Made by a program: the position numbers and the translations under genes. Positions 44,053-52,347 of a DNA stretch of 64,000 nucleotides are shown here, piece after piece. Within the stretch, counting starts at the first letter, position 1, and the number at the start of each line of letters is the position of its first letter. Source of the stretch: an uncultured Candidatus Saccharibacteria bacterium (lineage in GTDB: Bacteria; Patescibacteriota; Minisyncoccia; Minisyncoccales; GWA2-38-27); NCBI GenBank assembly GCA_964394985.1, contig CAYMZK010000004.1:12746-76745 (forward strand), written 5' to 3'. Below the pieces are notes generated by a model. It did no database searches, was not told the origin of the DNA, and worked only from the letters and a program-made list of their open reading frames with translations.

Positions 44053-44400
44053 ATGGAAAGAAAAACACATACAATTGATGCTGCAAATAAGGTCTTGGGA
44101 AGATTGGCTGTTGAGATTGCTGGTCTATTAAGAGGAAAGAGTAAAGTGGACTTTAGACCTAATAAAGACGATGGAGATGTTGTTATTGTTAAAAATGCTG
44201 ACAAGATTATTATTAGTGGTAAAAAGTTTGACAACAAAGTTTATTACCATCACTCCGGCTATTTGGGAGGGTTGAAAGAAACTCCTTACAAGAAAGTTTT
44301 TAAAAATGATCCTGGAGAAGTTATCAGAAGAGCAGTTTATGGAATGATGCCTAAAAATAAATTAAGAGATATACAAATTAAACGTTTAAAGTTTGAATAA
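44053..44400 (+). CDS. rplM: 50S ribosomal protein L13 (short)
   Basis: IDAANKVLGRLAVEIAGLLRGK...YYHHSGYLGGLK...MMPKNKL. Confidence 0.95.
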   Translation: MERKTHTIDAANKVLGRLAVEIAGLLRGKSKVDFRPNKDDGDVVIVKNADKIIISGKKFDNKVYYHHSGYLGGLKETPYKKVFKNDPGEVIRRAVYGMMPKNKLRDIQIKRLKFE

Positions 44401-44840
44401 TGGAAGAAACAACTACAACAACAAAAGAAATTACCTTTAGCCTTCCAAAAGATAAATATGTTGAAGCTATTGGTAGGAGAAAAACCAGCACTGCTAGGGT
44501 TCGTCTTTTTGGCTCTAAAGACAAAGGAATAATTGTAAATGATAAAGATTATAAAGATTATTTTCAAAGTCCAGAACTTCAAAGTATAATTACTGACGCT
44601 CAAGAAACAATGAAGGTTTTAGGGAAGTTTGCTATTTCAGTTAAAGTAAAAGGAGGAGGAATTAATGCTCAAGCAGAAGCAGTAAGACATGGAATTGCCA
44701 GGGCATTAGTAGAAATTAATCCGGACTCTAGAAAAAAATTAAGAAGAATTGGTTATTTAACTAGAGATCCAAGAATGAGAGAAAGAAAGAAATTTGGGCT
44801 TAAAAGAGCTAGAAGAGCACCTCAATGGTCTAAGAGATAA
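44400..44840 (+). CDS. rpsI: 30S ribosomal protein S9
   Basis: GRRKTSTARVRL...KGGGINAQAEAVRHGIARAL...GYLTRDPRMRERKKFGLKRARRAPQWSKR. Confidence 0.97.
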   Translation: MEETTTTTKEITFSLPKDKYVEAIGRRKTSTARVRLFGSKDKGIIVNDKDYKDYFQSPELQSIITDAQETMKVLGKFAISVKVKGGGINAQAEAVRHGIARALVEINPDSRKKLRRIGYLTRDPRMRERKKFGLKRARRAPQWSKR

Positions 44841-44847
44841 AAAAAGA

Positions 44848-44877
44848 ACCCTCCGATGTTTTATCGGAGGGTTTTTG
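44848..44877 (+). terminator. rho-independent terminator ending the alpha/L13-S9 operon
   Basis: ACCCTCCGAT-GTTTT-ATCGGAGGGT (10-bp stem) followed by a T-run. Confidence 0.85.
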
Positions 44878-44886
44878 GTTGCTTAA

Positions 44887-45090
44887 TTAATCGCAGGGCA
44901 TCGGAATTTCAACGATTCGTTTGTACCAGTGAGAGAAAAACCCCTCCTGGTCTGCTATTCTAGAGGCAATAAAGCGATTAATTACTTCTTCATTTGCGGA
45001 CGCTCTTGTTTCTAACAAGAGATTGTTGTCCGCAAGAATCTCGGCGACCTTCCGATCGTTTTCTGCCTTTACGGCAACATATAATTTCAT
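44887..45090 (-). CDS. hypothetical 67-aa protein (visibly higher GC than its surroundings)
   Basis: Consensus promoter on the minus strand (TTGACA-17-TATAAT, plus-strand coordinates 45132-45160). GGAG lies 9 nt before the ATG. No family recognised. Confidence 0.6.
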   Translation of the reverse strand: MKLYVAVKAENDRKVAEILADNNLLLETRASANEEVINRFIASRIADQEGFFSHWYKRIVEIPMPCD

Positions 45091-45131
45091 AAGACAATCT
45101 CCAAAAAAAGAACAAGTTTTTGGTTTTCTTT

Positions 45132-45160
45132 ATTATACTTGATTATTATCTTTATGTCAA
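45132..45160 (-). promoter_or_regulatory. consensus sigma70 promoter for the 67-aa minus-strand gene
   Basis: The minus strand reads GGGGTTGACA-taaagataataatcaag-TATAAT. Confidence 0.7.
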
Positions 45161-45187
45161 CCCCACCTTAAAACAGAATTAAATGCA

Positions 45188-45207
45188 CCGATTGACCGGT
45201 CAATCGG
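45188..45207. promoter_or_regulatory. perfect 20-nt palindrome CCGATTGACCGGTCAATCGG between divergent promoters; candidate operator
   Basis: Read directly. The core ATTGACCGGTCAAT recurs at 18441-18454. The plus-strand promoter TTGACT (45209-45214)-17-TAAAAT (45232-45237) follows. Confidence 0.55.
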
Positions 45208-45244
45208 TTTGACTGTTTTGGGGGGATGAATTAAAATAAAAGAT

Positions 45245-45934
45245 ATGTTAAAGGAAGTTATTGATAAATATTATTTAGATAGTAGAAAAACTAGAGAACA
45301 AACTCATTTCTATATCAGTCAAGCTGGGAAGTGTCCTCGTTCTATTTTTTTTAAATTCAAGGGGGTCCCCGAAAAAGAATTAGAGCCTCATATTTTAAGA
45401 TTGTTTGAACATGGTGATCATATGCATCAATTAATAATGAGTGCCTTGCTAAGTGCTCGTGATATTCATGTAGTCGCTTCTGAAGTTAAAATTCCTCCTC
45501 AAGAATTAATTTCTGGAAGAGCTGATGCGGTTTTAAGCGACGGTGATCAATTATATGTTTTAGATATTAAAAGTATGAATAGTATGGTGTTTAGGTCTTT
45601 AAAGGAACCTAAGCCAGAAAATGTTCAACAAATACAACTTTACCTCTATTATTTTAAAATTCCAAAAGGAATATTGCTTTATGTGAATAAAGATAATTTA
45701 CAATTAAAGGAGTTTGTTTTTGATTATGATGCCCAACAAGCCAGGTGTTTAATTGATGAGATGAACCTCTTAAAAGAACAAATAGATACTAATATTATTC
45801 CTAAAAGGTTAGAAGATTATCCTAATAATTGGCAGTGTCGTTATTGTCAATATCGATCGGTTTGTGATATGGCCTCTCCTTTAGAAATGAATTGGGGTGA
45901 TTTTAAATCTCAAATTAATTCATTGGAAGAATAA
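45245..45934 (+). CDS. PD-(D/E)XK nuclease, Cas4-like with 4-Cys signature (second copy in window)
   Basis: GKCPRS (N-terminal Cys), GRADAV...VLDIKS, QQIQLYLYY and CRYCQYRSVC. Confidence 0.7.
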   Translation: MLKEVIDKYYLDSRKTREQTHFYISQAGKCPRSIFFKFKGVPEKELEPHILRLFEHGDHMHQLIMSALLSARDIHVVASEVKIPPQELISGRADAVLSDGDQLYVLDIKSMNSMVFRSLKEPKPENVQQIQLYLYYFKIPKGILLYVNKDNLQLKEFVFDYDAQQARCLIDEMNLLKEQIDTNIIPKRLEDYPNNWQCRYCQYRSVCDMASPLEMNWGDFKSQINSLEE

Positions 45935-47292
45935 AGAACTCCTTCAGAGAGAAGATAGAGCTTTCCATTAGTAAAGAGTATTTCTTGATGAGGGGATTCA
46001 GTTAAAGTAACAATGTTTAATTTATCTCTGTTGTCTAATTCAGAAACCTTTATTTTATCTCCAAGATCAAAGATAAGGTAGTGGTTATTGTACCAGAAAA
46101 CTTTATTAATTTTTTCAGAAAATCTAGTTAAAAATAATATTCCTCCTTTTTCTTTTTGTGGTTGTTCATATTGTTTTTCTAAGTAAATAACCTTTATTTC
46201 ATTATTGGTATAGTAAGTTAGTTTTTTTTGATCTGGAGATACTCGATATCCTTTAATTGAATCAGAAAGCTTTTTAAATGATTTGGTTATTTCATCTAAA
46301 AAATAAAGACTATCCTTTTCCATTAAAAAGAAATTAGAATTAAAGACAATTAATTGATATTTAATTTCCTCTTTAATTGGAAAACTGATTATATTACTCT
46401 CTTTAAATTCGTCTCCATTAGATTCTAAAATATATCCTTCTTGATTAAGACAATAAATAGAGCTTTTAATAGAGCAGGTGATAACTTCTTTTAATAATGG
46501 AGCCAATATTTCTTTTTCTTTGATTTCTACTTCGTTTAGAGTTTTAAAGGTTTTACTTTTTTCGGTTACTGATTGAATAATATATATTTTATTATTATCT
46601 CTTGGATGAAAGATTATTTCTTCCGGAGAGCCGATAAAATCTAGACGGTTGATAATTGTTGGGCTTTGACTAATATCTAAAAGAAAATACTGGACTTTCT
46701 CTTTTAGTCCTAGCTCCAAAAGAACTTTTTCTTCATTAGGAGATATTTTTAAATCATAAAAAACAATATTGCTTTTAGAAAAGTCTTCTTTGTCAATAAT
46801 GTGACTTTTTAAATTATTTTTAGTGTCATAAAGTTTTAAACTCCAATCTTTTTCTCCTTCTTTGACAATAACAATATTATTGCTTTGAGAAACAAAAAAA
46901 TCTTCTACATTTTCTAAAAGTTCGTCAAAATTAATTTCGGCAGGGATTAAGGTTATATTGCTAGCCTCGGTTGCTTCCCCTTTTTTAATTTCAAGATTTT
47001 TAGACCAATTATGATAGTTCTCTTTTTGGATTTCTATTTTATAGTTTCCAGGAATAAGATTATCTATCAAAGAAGACCCAAAGAAAATATCTGTACGATC
47101 TTTGAATTCGTTGTTGACATAGATTGCTAAACCCTTGGGTTGAGCTTTAAAATAAAAAAGACCGGTTTGGACAAATTTTAGTTCTTGCCAATCAAAGCGC
47201 CAGCCAAGAGAATAAAAGACTACTAACGGAGCAATGATTAAAAAAGAAACAAGTAAAATTCCAAATATTATATTACTAACTTTCTTGTTCAT
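45910..47292 (-). CDS. membrane-anchored PEGA-domain / beta-propeller-like protein
   Basis: N-terminal TM. PEGA-like segment GLAIYVNNEFKDRTD...GNYKIEIQKENYHNW. Long repetitive beta-rich C-terminus. Confidence 0.6.
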   Translation of the reverse strand: MNKKVSNIIFGILLVSFLIIAPLVVFYSLGWRFDWQELKFVQTGLFYFKAQPKGLAIYVNNEFKDRTDIFFGSSLIDNLIPGNYKIEIQKENYHNWSKNLEIKKGEATEASNITLIPAEINFDELLENVEDFFVSQSNNIVIVKEGEKDWSLKLYDTKNNLKSHIIDKEDFSKSNIVFYDLKISPNEEKVLLELGLKEKVQYFLLDISQSPTIINRLDFIGSPEEIIFHPRDNNKIYIIQSVTEKSKTFKTLNEVEIKEKEILAPLLKEVITCSIKSSIYCLNQEGYILESNGDEFKESNIISFPIKEEIKYQLIVFNSNFFLMEKDSLYFLDEITKSFKKLSDSIKGYRVSPDQKKLTYYTNNEIKVIYLEKQYEQPQKEKGGILFLTRFSEKINKVFWYNNHYLIFDLGDKIKVSELDNRDKLNIVTLTESPHQEILFTNGKLYLLSEGVLYSSNELI

Positions 47293-47372
47293 ATTAACCT
47301 TATTTTATCACTTGTTCTTGTTGAAATCAAGAACTTGATTTTATCTGAATATTATTTTAGAATAAGTACATG

Positions 47373-47510
47373 CCCCGTAGAGAAATTTCAATACATTCGC
47401 TGTAAGCGAATAAAAGAATACGGGGAATAATAAAGTATAATTAATAAATAGAAAAACAAACATAAGAATTTCAAGAAAGATGAGCAAACTAATTGAAATT
47501 CTTCTACGGG
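47373..47510 (+). mobile_element. CCCCGYAGA-TIR MITE-like element, full-length copy 1 (upstream of murA)
   Basis: Differs from 52208-52346 by 2 substitutions and 1 terminal nt. TIRs CCCCGTAGAGAAATTTCAAT / ATTGAAATTCTTCTACGGG. Flanked by ACATG (47368-47372) and ACATG (47511-47515). Confidence 0.8.
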
Positions 47511-47512
47511 AC

Positions 47513-48790
47513 ATGGAAGAAAAATTTATCATCAAAGGAGGAATTCCTTTAAAGGGAGAAGTAGGAGTAAGAGGAGCTAAAAATGCCGCCTTTCCAATTT
47601 TGGCCGCTTCTTTACTAACCAAAGAAACTTGCACTATAGATAATTTACCTTTAATAGAAGATGTCTTAAAGATGATCAGGATTTTAGAAAATATGGGTGC
47701 TGAGATTTCTTGGGTTGGCAAAAGAAAAATAGAAATAAATTGTTCTAAGATAAAGCCTTCTAAAACACCTTATGATTTAGTAAAATGTTTTCGAGGCTCT
47801 GTTTTGTTGTTGGGGGGATTGTTGGGAAGATTTAATAATGTTAGAATTCCTAAGCCAGGAGGTTGTGTTATTGGTTCTCGTCCAATTGATACTCATCTAG
47901 ATGCTTTTGATCAGTTAGGGATAAAGATTCACAAAACAGGCCAGTTTTACAATTTTAAAAAGAATAAAGATAATAATTCTAAAGAAGTTGTTTTAAAAGA
48001 AATTAGCGTTACGGCCACTGAAAACGTTTTACTCTATGCCACTAGTAACTCTAAACAAAAAACAACTCTTAAAATAGCCGATCAAGACTATCAAGTTCAG
48101 GATTTAATTAGGGTGTTAGAGAAAATGGGAGCTAGTATTAAGAATACCGGGATTAGGGAATACGAAATAACTGGTAAAAACAACTTAAAGGGTTTTAGTC
48201 ATAGTATTGTTAATGACCCTATTGAGGCCGGAACTTTCATTGTTGCGGCTTTAGCTACTAATGGAGAAGTTTTGGTTAAAAATGCCGAGTTGCAATATTT
48301 AGACTTGTTTCTAAAAAGATTAAAAGATTTTGGCGCAAAGTATAAAGTGATAGACGCAAAGACAATAAAAGTTTTACCTTCTAAAAAAGATTTAAAAATA
48401 GACAAAATTCAAAGCTTGCCTTATCCAGGAATTCACTCAGATCTTCAGCCGGAATTAGGGGTATTAGCTACTCAAACTAAAGGACCGACAATGATTCATG
48501 ATCCGCTTTTTGAAGGAAGATTAAGATATTTAAATGAGTTAAACAAAATGGGAGCTGATATCATTTTTTGTGATCCTCATAGAGCGATTGTTTATGGTCC
48601 TACTAAACTTCAGGGAGCTAATATCCCAAGTTTAGACTTAAGAGCAGGAGCAGCAGTGATTATTGCCGGTTTGATTGCTAAAGGTACGACTAATATAAAT
48701 AATATTTATCAAATTGATAGGGGTTATGAAAAAATAGAAGAACGTCTTAGTGATTTGGGGGCTGATGTTAAAAGGAGAATTAAAAAGTAA
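47513..48790 (+). CDS. murA: UDP-N-acetylglucosamine 1-carboxyvinyltransferase
   Basis: MEEKFIIKGG..LKGEVGVRGAKNAAFPILAASLL aligns to the MurA N-terminus (MDKFRVQG...ISGAKNAALPIL). The track start at 47480 lies inside the repeat. Confidence 0.93.
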   Translation: MEEKFIIKGGIPLKGEVGVRGAKNAAFPILAASLLTKETCTIDNLPLIEDVLKMIRILENMGAEISWVGKRKIEINCSKIKPSKTPYDLVKCFRGSVLLLGGLLGRFNNVRIPKPGGCVIGSRPIDTHLDAFDQLGIKIHKTGQFYNFKKNKDNNSKEVVLKEISVTATENVLLYATSNSKQKTTLKIADQDYQVQDLIRVLEKMGASIKNTGIREYEITGKNNLKGFSHSIVNDPIEAGTFIVAALATNGEVLVKNAELQYLDLFLKRLKDFGAKYKVIDAKTIKVLPSKKDLKIDKIQSLPYPGIHSDLQPELGVLATQTKGPTMIHDPLFEGRLRYLNELNKMGADIIFCDPHRAIVYGPTKLQGANIPSLDLRAGAAVIIAGLIAKGTTNINNIYQIDRGYEKIEERLSDLGADVKRRIKK

Positions 48791-48792
48791 TT

Positions 48793-49803
48793 ATGTTAAA
48801 GAAGAAAATAGGTATTGATCTGGGAACTTGTAACTCCATCGTTTTTACTCCTCAAAAGGGAGTGGTTTTAAGCGATCCTTCGGTTGTAGCAGTAAGTTTA
48901 GATGACAACAGAATTTTAGCAGTTGGTAAAGAAGCCAAGGAAATGACTGGTAGAACACCGGACACCATTAGAATTTATCGCCCCTTAAAAGACGGCGTTA
49001 TTGCTGATTATCGAGTAACTGAAGCAATGATTAGGTATTTTGTTAAAAGCGCCGGATCTAAATTTCGTTTTTTAAAGCCAGAGTTATTAGTAGGAGTCCC
49101 AGCCGGAATTACTTCTACTGAAAAAAGAGCAGTGATTGAAGCGGGAATGGCTGCTGGCGCCAAAGGAGTTTATGTTGCCAAAGAGCCGGTTTTAGCGGCT
49201 ATTGGAGCTGGTATTCCTATTAATTCTTGCTCTGGTCATATGATTGTAGATATCGGCGGGGGAACTGCTGAAGTGGCCGTTATTTCTTTGGGTGGAATAG
49301 TTACAGCTAAATCTTTAAGAGTGGCTGGAGACAAAATGGATAGAGCTATTTCAGAATACATTAAAAAGAAGTATAATTTAGTTGTTGGAGAGCAAACGGC
49401 GGAAGAAGTTAAAATTAAAATCGGGACTGCTGTTCCGGAAAAAACTCCAAGAGAAATTGAGATTAGAGGAAGAGATATGATTTCTGGCTTGCCTCAAAAC
49501 ATTAAGGTTAATTCTAATGAGGTTTGTGAGGCGATATCAGAAAGACTTTCAGATATCGTTCAAACCGTTAAAGAGGTTTTGAGAGACACGCCACCAGAGT
49601 TGTCGGCTGATATTATGGACAAGGGAATGATTATCTCTGGAGGCGGAGCTTTAGTTAGAAATATTGACGAACTAATTGCTGAATCAACTGGCGTCCCCTG
49701 CTTTATAGCCGAAGATCCCTTGCTTTGTGTTGCCAAGGGAACCGGAGCGGTATTGGACAACCTTGAAGCTTACAAAAAGAGCATAATGTCAAAAAGAAAA
49801 TAA
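48793..49803 (+). CDS. mreB: rod-shape protein MreB (paralog 1)
   Basis: IGIDLGTCNS...DGVIADY...VDIGGGTAEVAVISLGG...GGGALV. Confidence 0.93.
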   Translation: MLKKKIGIDLGTCNSIVFTPQKGVVLSDPSVVAVSLDDNRILAVGKEAKEMTGRTPDTIRIYRPLKDGVIADYRVTEAMIRYFVKSAGSKFRFLKPELLVGVPAGITSTEKRAVIEAGMAAGAKGVYVAKEPVLAAIGAGIPINSCSGHMIVDIGGGTAEVAVISLGGIVTAKSLRVAGDKMDRAISEYIKKKYNLVVGEQTAEEVKIKIGTAVPEKTPREIEIRGRDMISGLPQNIKVNSNEVCEAISERLSDIVQTVKEVLRDTPPELSADIMDKGMIISGGGALVRNIDELIAESTGVPCFIAEDPLLCVAKGTGAVLDNLEAYKKSIMSKRK

Positions 49804-50522
49804 TGCATGAAAAACAAAGGAAGTTTTTAGTAGAATCAATTGAGCTTGGGAGATTGCCCCATGCTCTTTTATTCTACGGTCAAGAAAAACTGGGTAAAAA
49901 AGATTTTGCTATTGATTTTGCTAAACATTTAGTCGGAGAGTTAAAAAACAACCCGGACTATTTATTAATTGAAGCAGAAAGTAAAGAAATTCAAATTAGC
50001 CAAATTAGAGACTTGGTTTCTAAGCTTTCTTTTAAGCCCCATCAATCAGATTATAAAGTAGCGATTATTGATAAGGCTCATTTAATGACTACTGAAGCAC
50101 AAAACTGTTTTTTAAAGTTTTTAGAAGAACCTACTGGAAAAACCCATTTAATACTAATTACTGAATATCCAGCCATTTTATTACCAACTATAACTTCTCG
50201 GGTTCAGAGAATAAGGTTTTATCCCGATAAGGGGTTTCAATCAATAGAATCAAAGGAGAATATAGAAGAGCTAGAAAAGCTTCTTAATTCAGATTTAGCT
50301 TATCGGTTTCAATATGTTAAAAAAATAACTGATAAGAACTCAGATTATAACTTAAAAGAGATACTGGATTCTTGGTTGAGTTATTTTAGAAAGAAGATGC
50401 TTTCTAGTAATGACTCTAAATATTTAAACATAGTCAAAGAAATACAAAAAACTCAAGTTTTACTTTCAACAACTAATACTAATTCTAAAATAGCTTTAGA
50501 GATACTCTTAATGAAACTTTAG
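49803..50522 (+). CDS. holB: DNA polymerase III delta-prime subunit
   Basis: LPHALLFYGQEKLGKK...AIIDKAHLMTTEAQNCFLKFLEEP...SRVQRIRF. Confidence 0.8.
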   Translation: MHEKQRKFLVESIELGRLPHALLFYGQEKLGKKDFAIDFAKHLVGELKNNPDYLLIEAESKEIQISQIRDLVSKLSFKPHQSDYKVAIIDKAHLMTTEAQNCFLKFLEEPTGKTHLILITEYPAILLPTITSRVQRIRFYPDKGFQSIESKENIEELEKLLNSDLAYRFQYVKKITDKNSDYNLKEILDSWLSYFRKKMLSSNDSKYLNIVKEIQKTQVLLSTTNTNSKIALEILLMKL

Positions 50523-50578
50523 TTTGGCAAGAGGGGAATAATTTGATATAGTGGAAGATAGATAAATATAATAAAAAT

Positions 50579-51136
50579 ATGGATTATAAAGAAATAATAA
50601 ATAGAGTAAAACCAGAAATGGACAAAGTAATCTCTTTTTTAGAAAGAGAGCTTTCTAAAATTAGAACAGGGAGAGCTTCGTCTAGTTTAGTAGAAGATAT
50701 TGTTGTTGATTGTTTTGGTCAGAAGCTTCCTTTGAAGCAATTAGCTTCTATCTCTTCACCAGAGCCAAAACAAATCATTATTCAGCCTTGGGATAAATCA
50801 TATATTGAGTCAATAGAAAAAGCTATTTCTCAATCTAGCCTAGGAACTTCTCCTATTGTTGATAAAGATATGATCAGAATATCTTTGCCTCCTTTAAGTG
50901 ATGAGTATAGAGAAACTTTAAAAAGAGTTATTTCTGAAAAACAAGAAGAAGCAAGAAAAACTATTAGGCATTGGCGAGGAGAAGCTTGGGATGAAGTTCA
51001 GGCTAAGACCAAAGAAGGGGAGATTAGAGAAGATGATAAATTTAGAGCTAAAGACGAACTTCAAGATTTAGTTGATGAGTATAATAAAAAAATAGAGGAT
51101 TTGGGCGAGAGAAAACAAAAAGAGATCTCTCAATAA
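50579..51136 (+). CDS. frr: ribosome recycling factor
   Basis: IRTGRASSSLVEDIVVDCFGQKLPLKQLASIS...IQPWD...NLGTSP-like...IRISLPPL. Confidence 0.95.
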   Translation: MDYKEIINRVKPEMDKVISFLERELSKIRTGRASSSLVEDIVVDCFGQKLPLKQLASISSPEPKQIIIQPWDKSYIESIEKAISQSSLGTSPIVDKDMIRISLPPLSDEYRETLKRVISEKQEEARKTIRHWRGEAWDEVQAKTKEGEIREDDKFRAKDELQDLVDEYNKKIEDLGERKQKEISQ

Positions 51137-51139
51137 AAT

Positions 51140-52207
51140 ATGACAATTGTTATTGCAATAATATCTCTAATCTTTTTAATAATTTTTCATGAATTAGGCC
51201 ATTTTCTTTTTGCTAAAAAGTTTGGCGTTAGAGTAGATGAGTTTGGGATTGGCTATCCGCCTAGGGTTTGGGGTAAAAAGATTGGAGAAACTCTTTATTC
51301 TATCAACCTTCTTCCTTTAGGGGGGTTTGTTAAGATTTATGGTCATGAGGAAAGAATTGAAGAATCAGATAGTTTTACCACTAAGCCTTTTTGGCAGAAA
51401 TCTATAATCATTTTAGCGGGAGTGGCTGTTTTTTGGGTAATTGCCGCTATTTTATTAAGTGTAGTCGTCTATATCGGTGCTCCCTCAGCTATTAGTGATA
51501 ATGAAGTAACTGGATTTCAAGATCCTAAGGTTCAAATAATTAGTATTGCTGACAGCTCTCCAGCTTCAGGGTCTAATTTAAAAGTGGGAGATATCATTAA
51601 ATCAATTAATGATCAAGAAATAGATAAAGTTTATCAGGTTCAAAATTTAGTTTCTGAAAATAAAGGAGAAGAGATTATTTTAACTGTTCAAAGAGGACAA
51701 AAGTTAGAAGATATTAAAATAACTCCTCGCTTAGATTATCCTCAAGAAGAGGGCTCTATGGGGGTGGGTCTATTAAGAACCGGGCTGAAAAAAACAGTTT
51801 GGTATAAGGCGCCAGTTAAAGGAGTAGAGGCAACCGTTAATTTAACCAAAGCAGTTGTTGGTGGTTGGATAATTACTATAAAAGGATTAGTTCAGAACGG
51901 TGAACTTCCAGCTGGAGTAGAGGTGAAGGGTCCTATTGGAATATTTGAGCTTTTTAATAACTTTGGCGGATTGGGTGTTAGTTATTTTTTGCAATTTGTA
52001 GCCGTAATTGCTATTTCTTTGGCTTTAATTAATATTTTACCAATTCCTGCTCTAGATGGTGGTTGGTTTTTGTTCTTGGTTATTGAAAAAATAATAGGAA
52101 GACCATTGAATCAAAAATGGGTCCAAAATATTAGTGTCTTTTTCTTCTTTCTGTTAATTTTATTGTTAATTTGGGTAACTGTAAAAGATGTAATCGGGCT
52201 ATTATGA
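51140..52207 (+). CDS. rseP: RIP metalloprotease RseP (M50 with PDZ)
   Basis: HELGHF, central PDZ (GDIIKSINDQEI) and NILPIPALDGG. The TGA stop lies within the left TATGA repeat. Confidence 0.9.
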   Translation: MTIVIAIISLIFLIIFHELGHFLFAKKFGVRVDEFGIGYPPRVWGKKIGETLYSINLLPLGGFVKIYGHEERIEESDSFTTKPFWQKSIIILAGVAVFWVIAAILLSVVVYIGAPSAISDNEVTGFQDPKVQIISIADSSPASGSNLKVGDIIKSINDQEIDKVYQVQNLVSENKGEEIILTVQRGQKLEDIKITPRLDYPQEEGSMGVGLLRTGLKKTVWYKAPVKGVEATVNLTKAVVGGWIITIKGLVQNGELPAGVEVKGPIGIFELFNNFGGLGVSYFLQFVAVIAISLALINILPIPALDGGWFLFLVIEKIIGRPLNQKWVQNISVFFFFLLILLLIWVTVKDVIGLL

Positions 52208-52346
52208 CCCCGTAGAGAAATTTCAATACATTCGCTGAAAGCGAATAAAAGAATACGGGGAATAATAAAGTATAATTAATAAATAGAAAAACAAATATAA
52301 GAATTTCAAGAAAGATGAGCAAACTAATTGAAATTCTTCTACGGGG
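52208..52346 (+). mobile_element. CCCCGYAGA-TIR MITE-like element, full-length copy 2 (between rseP and proS)
   Basis: TIRs CCCCGTAGAGAAATTTCAAT / ATTGAAATTCTTCTACGGGG. Flanked by TATGA (52203-52207) and TATGA (52347-52351). Confidence 0.85.
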
Positions 52347-52347
52347 T

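Noticed and set aside
47480-47512. Shared N-terminal extension MSKLIEILLR(D/G)M on both MurA and ProRS in the ORF track
   Set aside because: The identical 11 codons lie inside the repeated MITE-like element. Both proteins align to their families from the downstream ATG (47513 and 52348). A repeat-encoded start cannot be fully excluded without expression data.
47341-47721. 126-aa minus-strand ORF
   Set aside because: It runs antisense through the murA 5' end and the repeat element, has low-complexity composition, and has no start context. The near-duplicate 52131-52322 minus ORF is the same repeat artefact.
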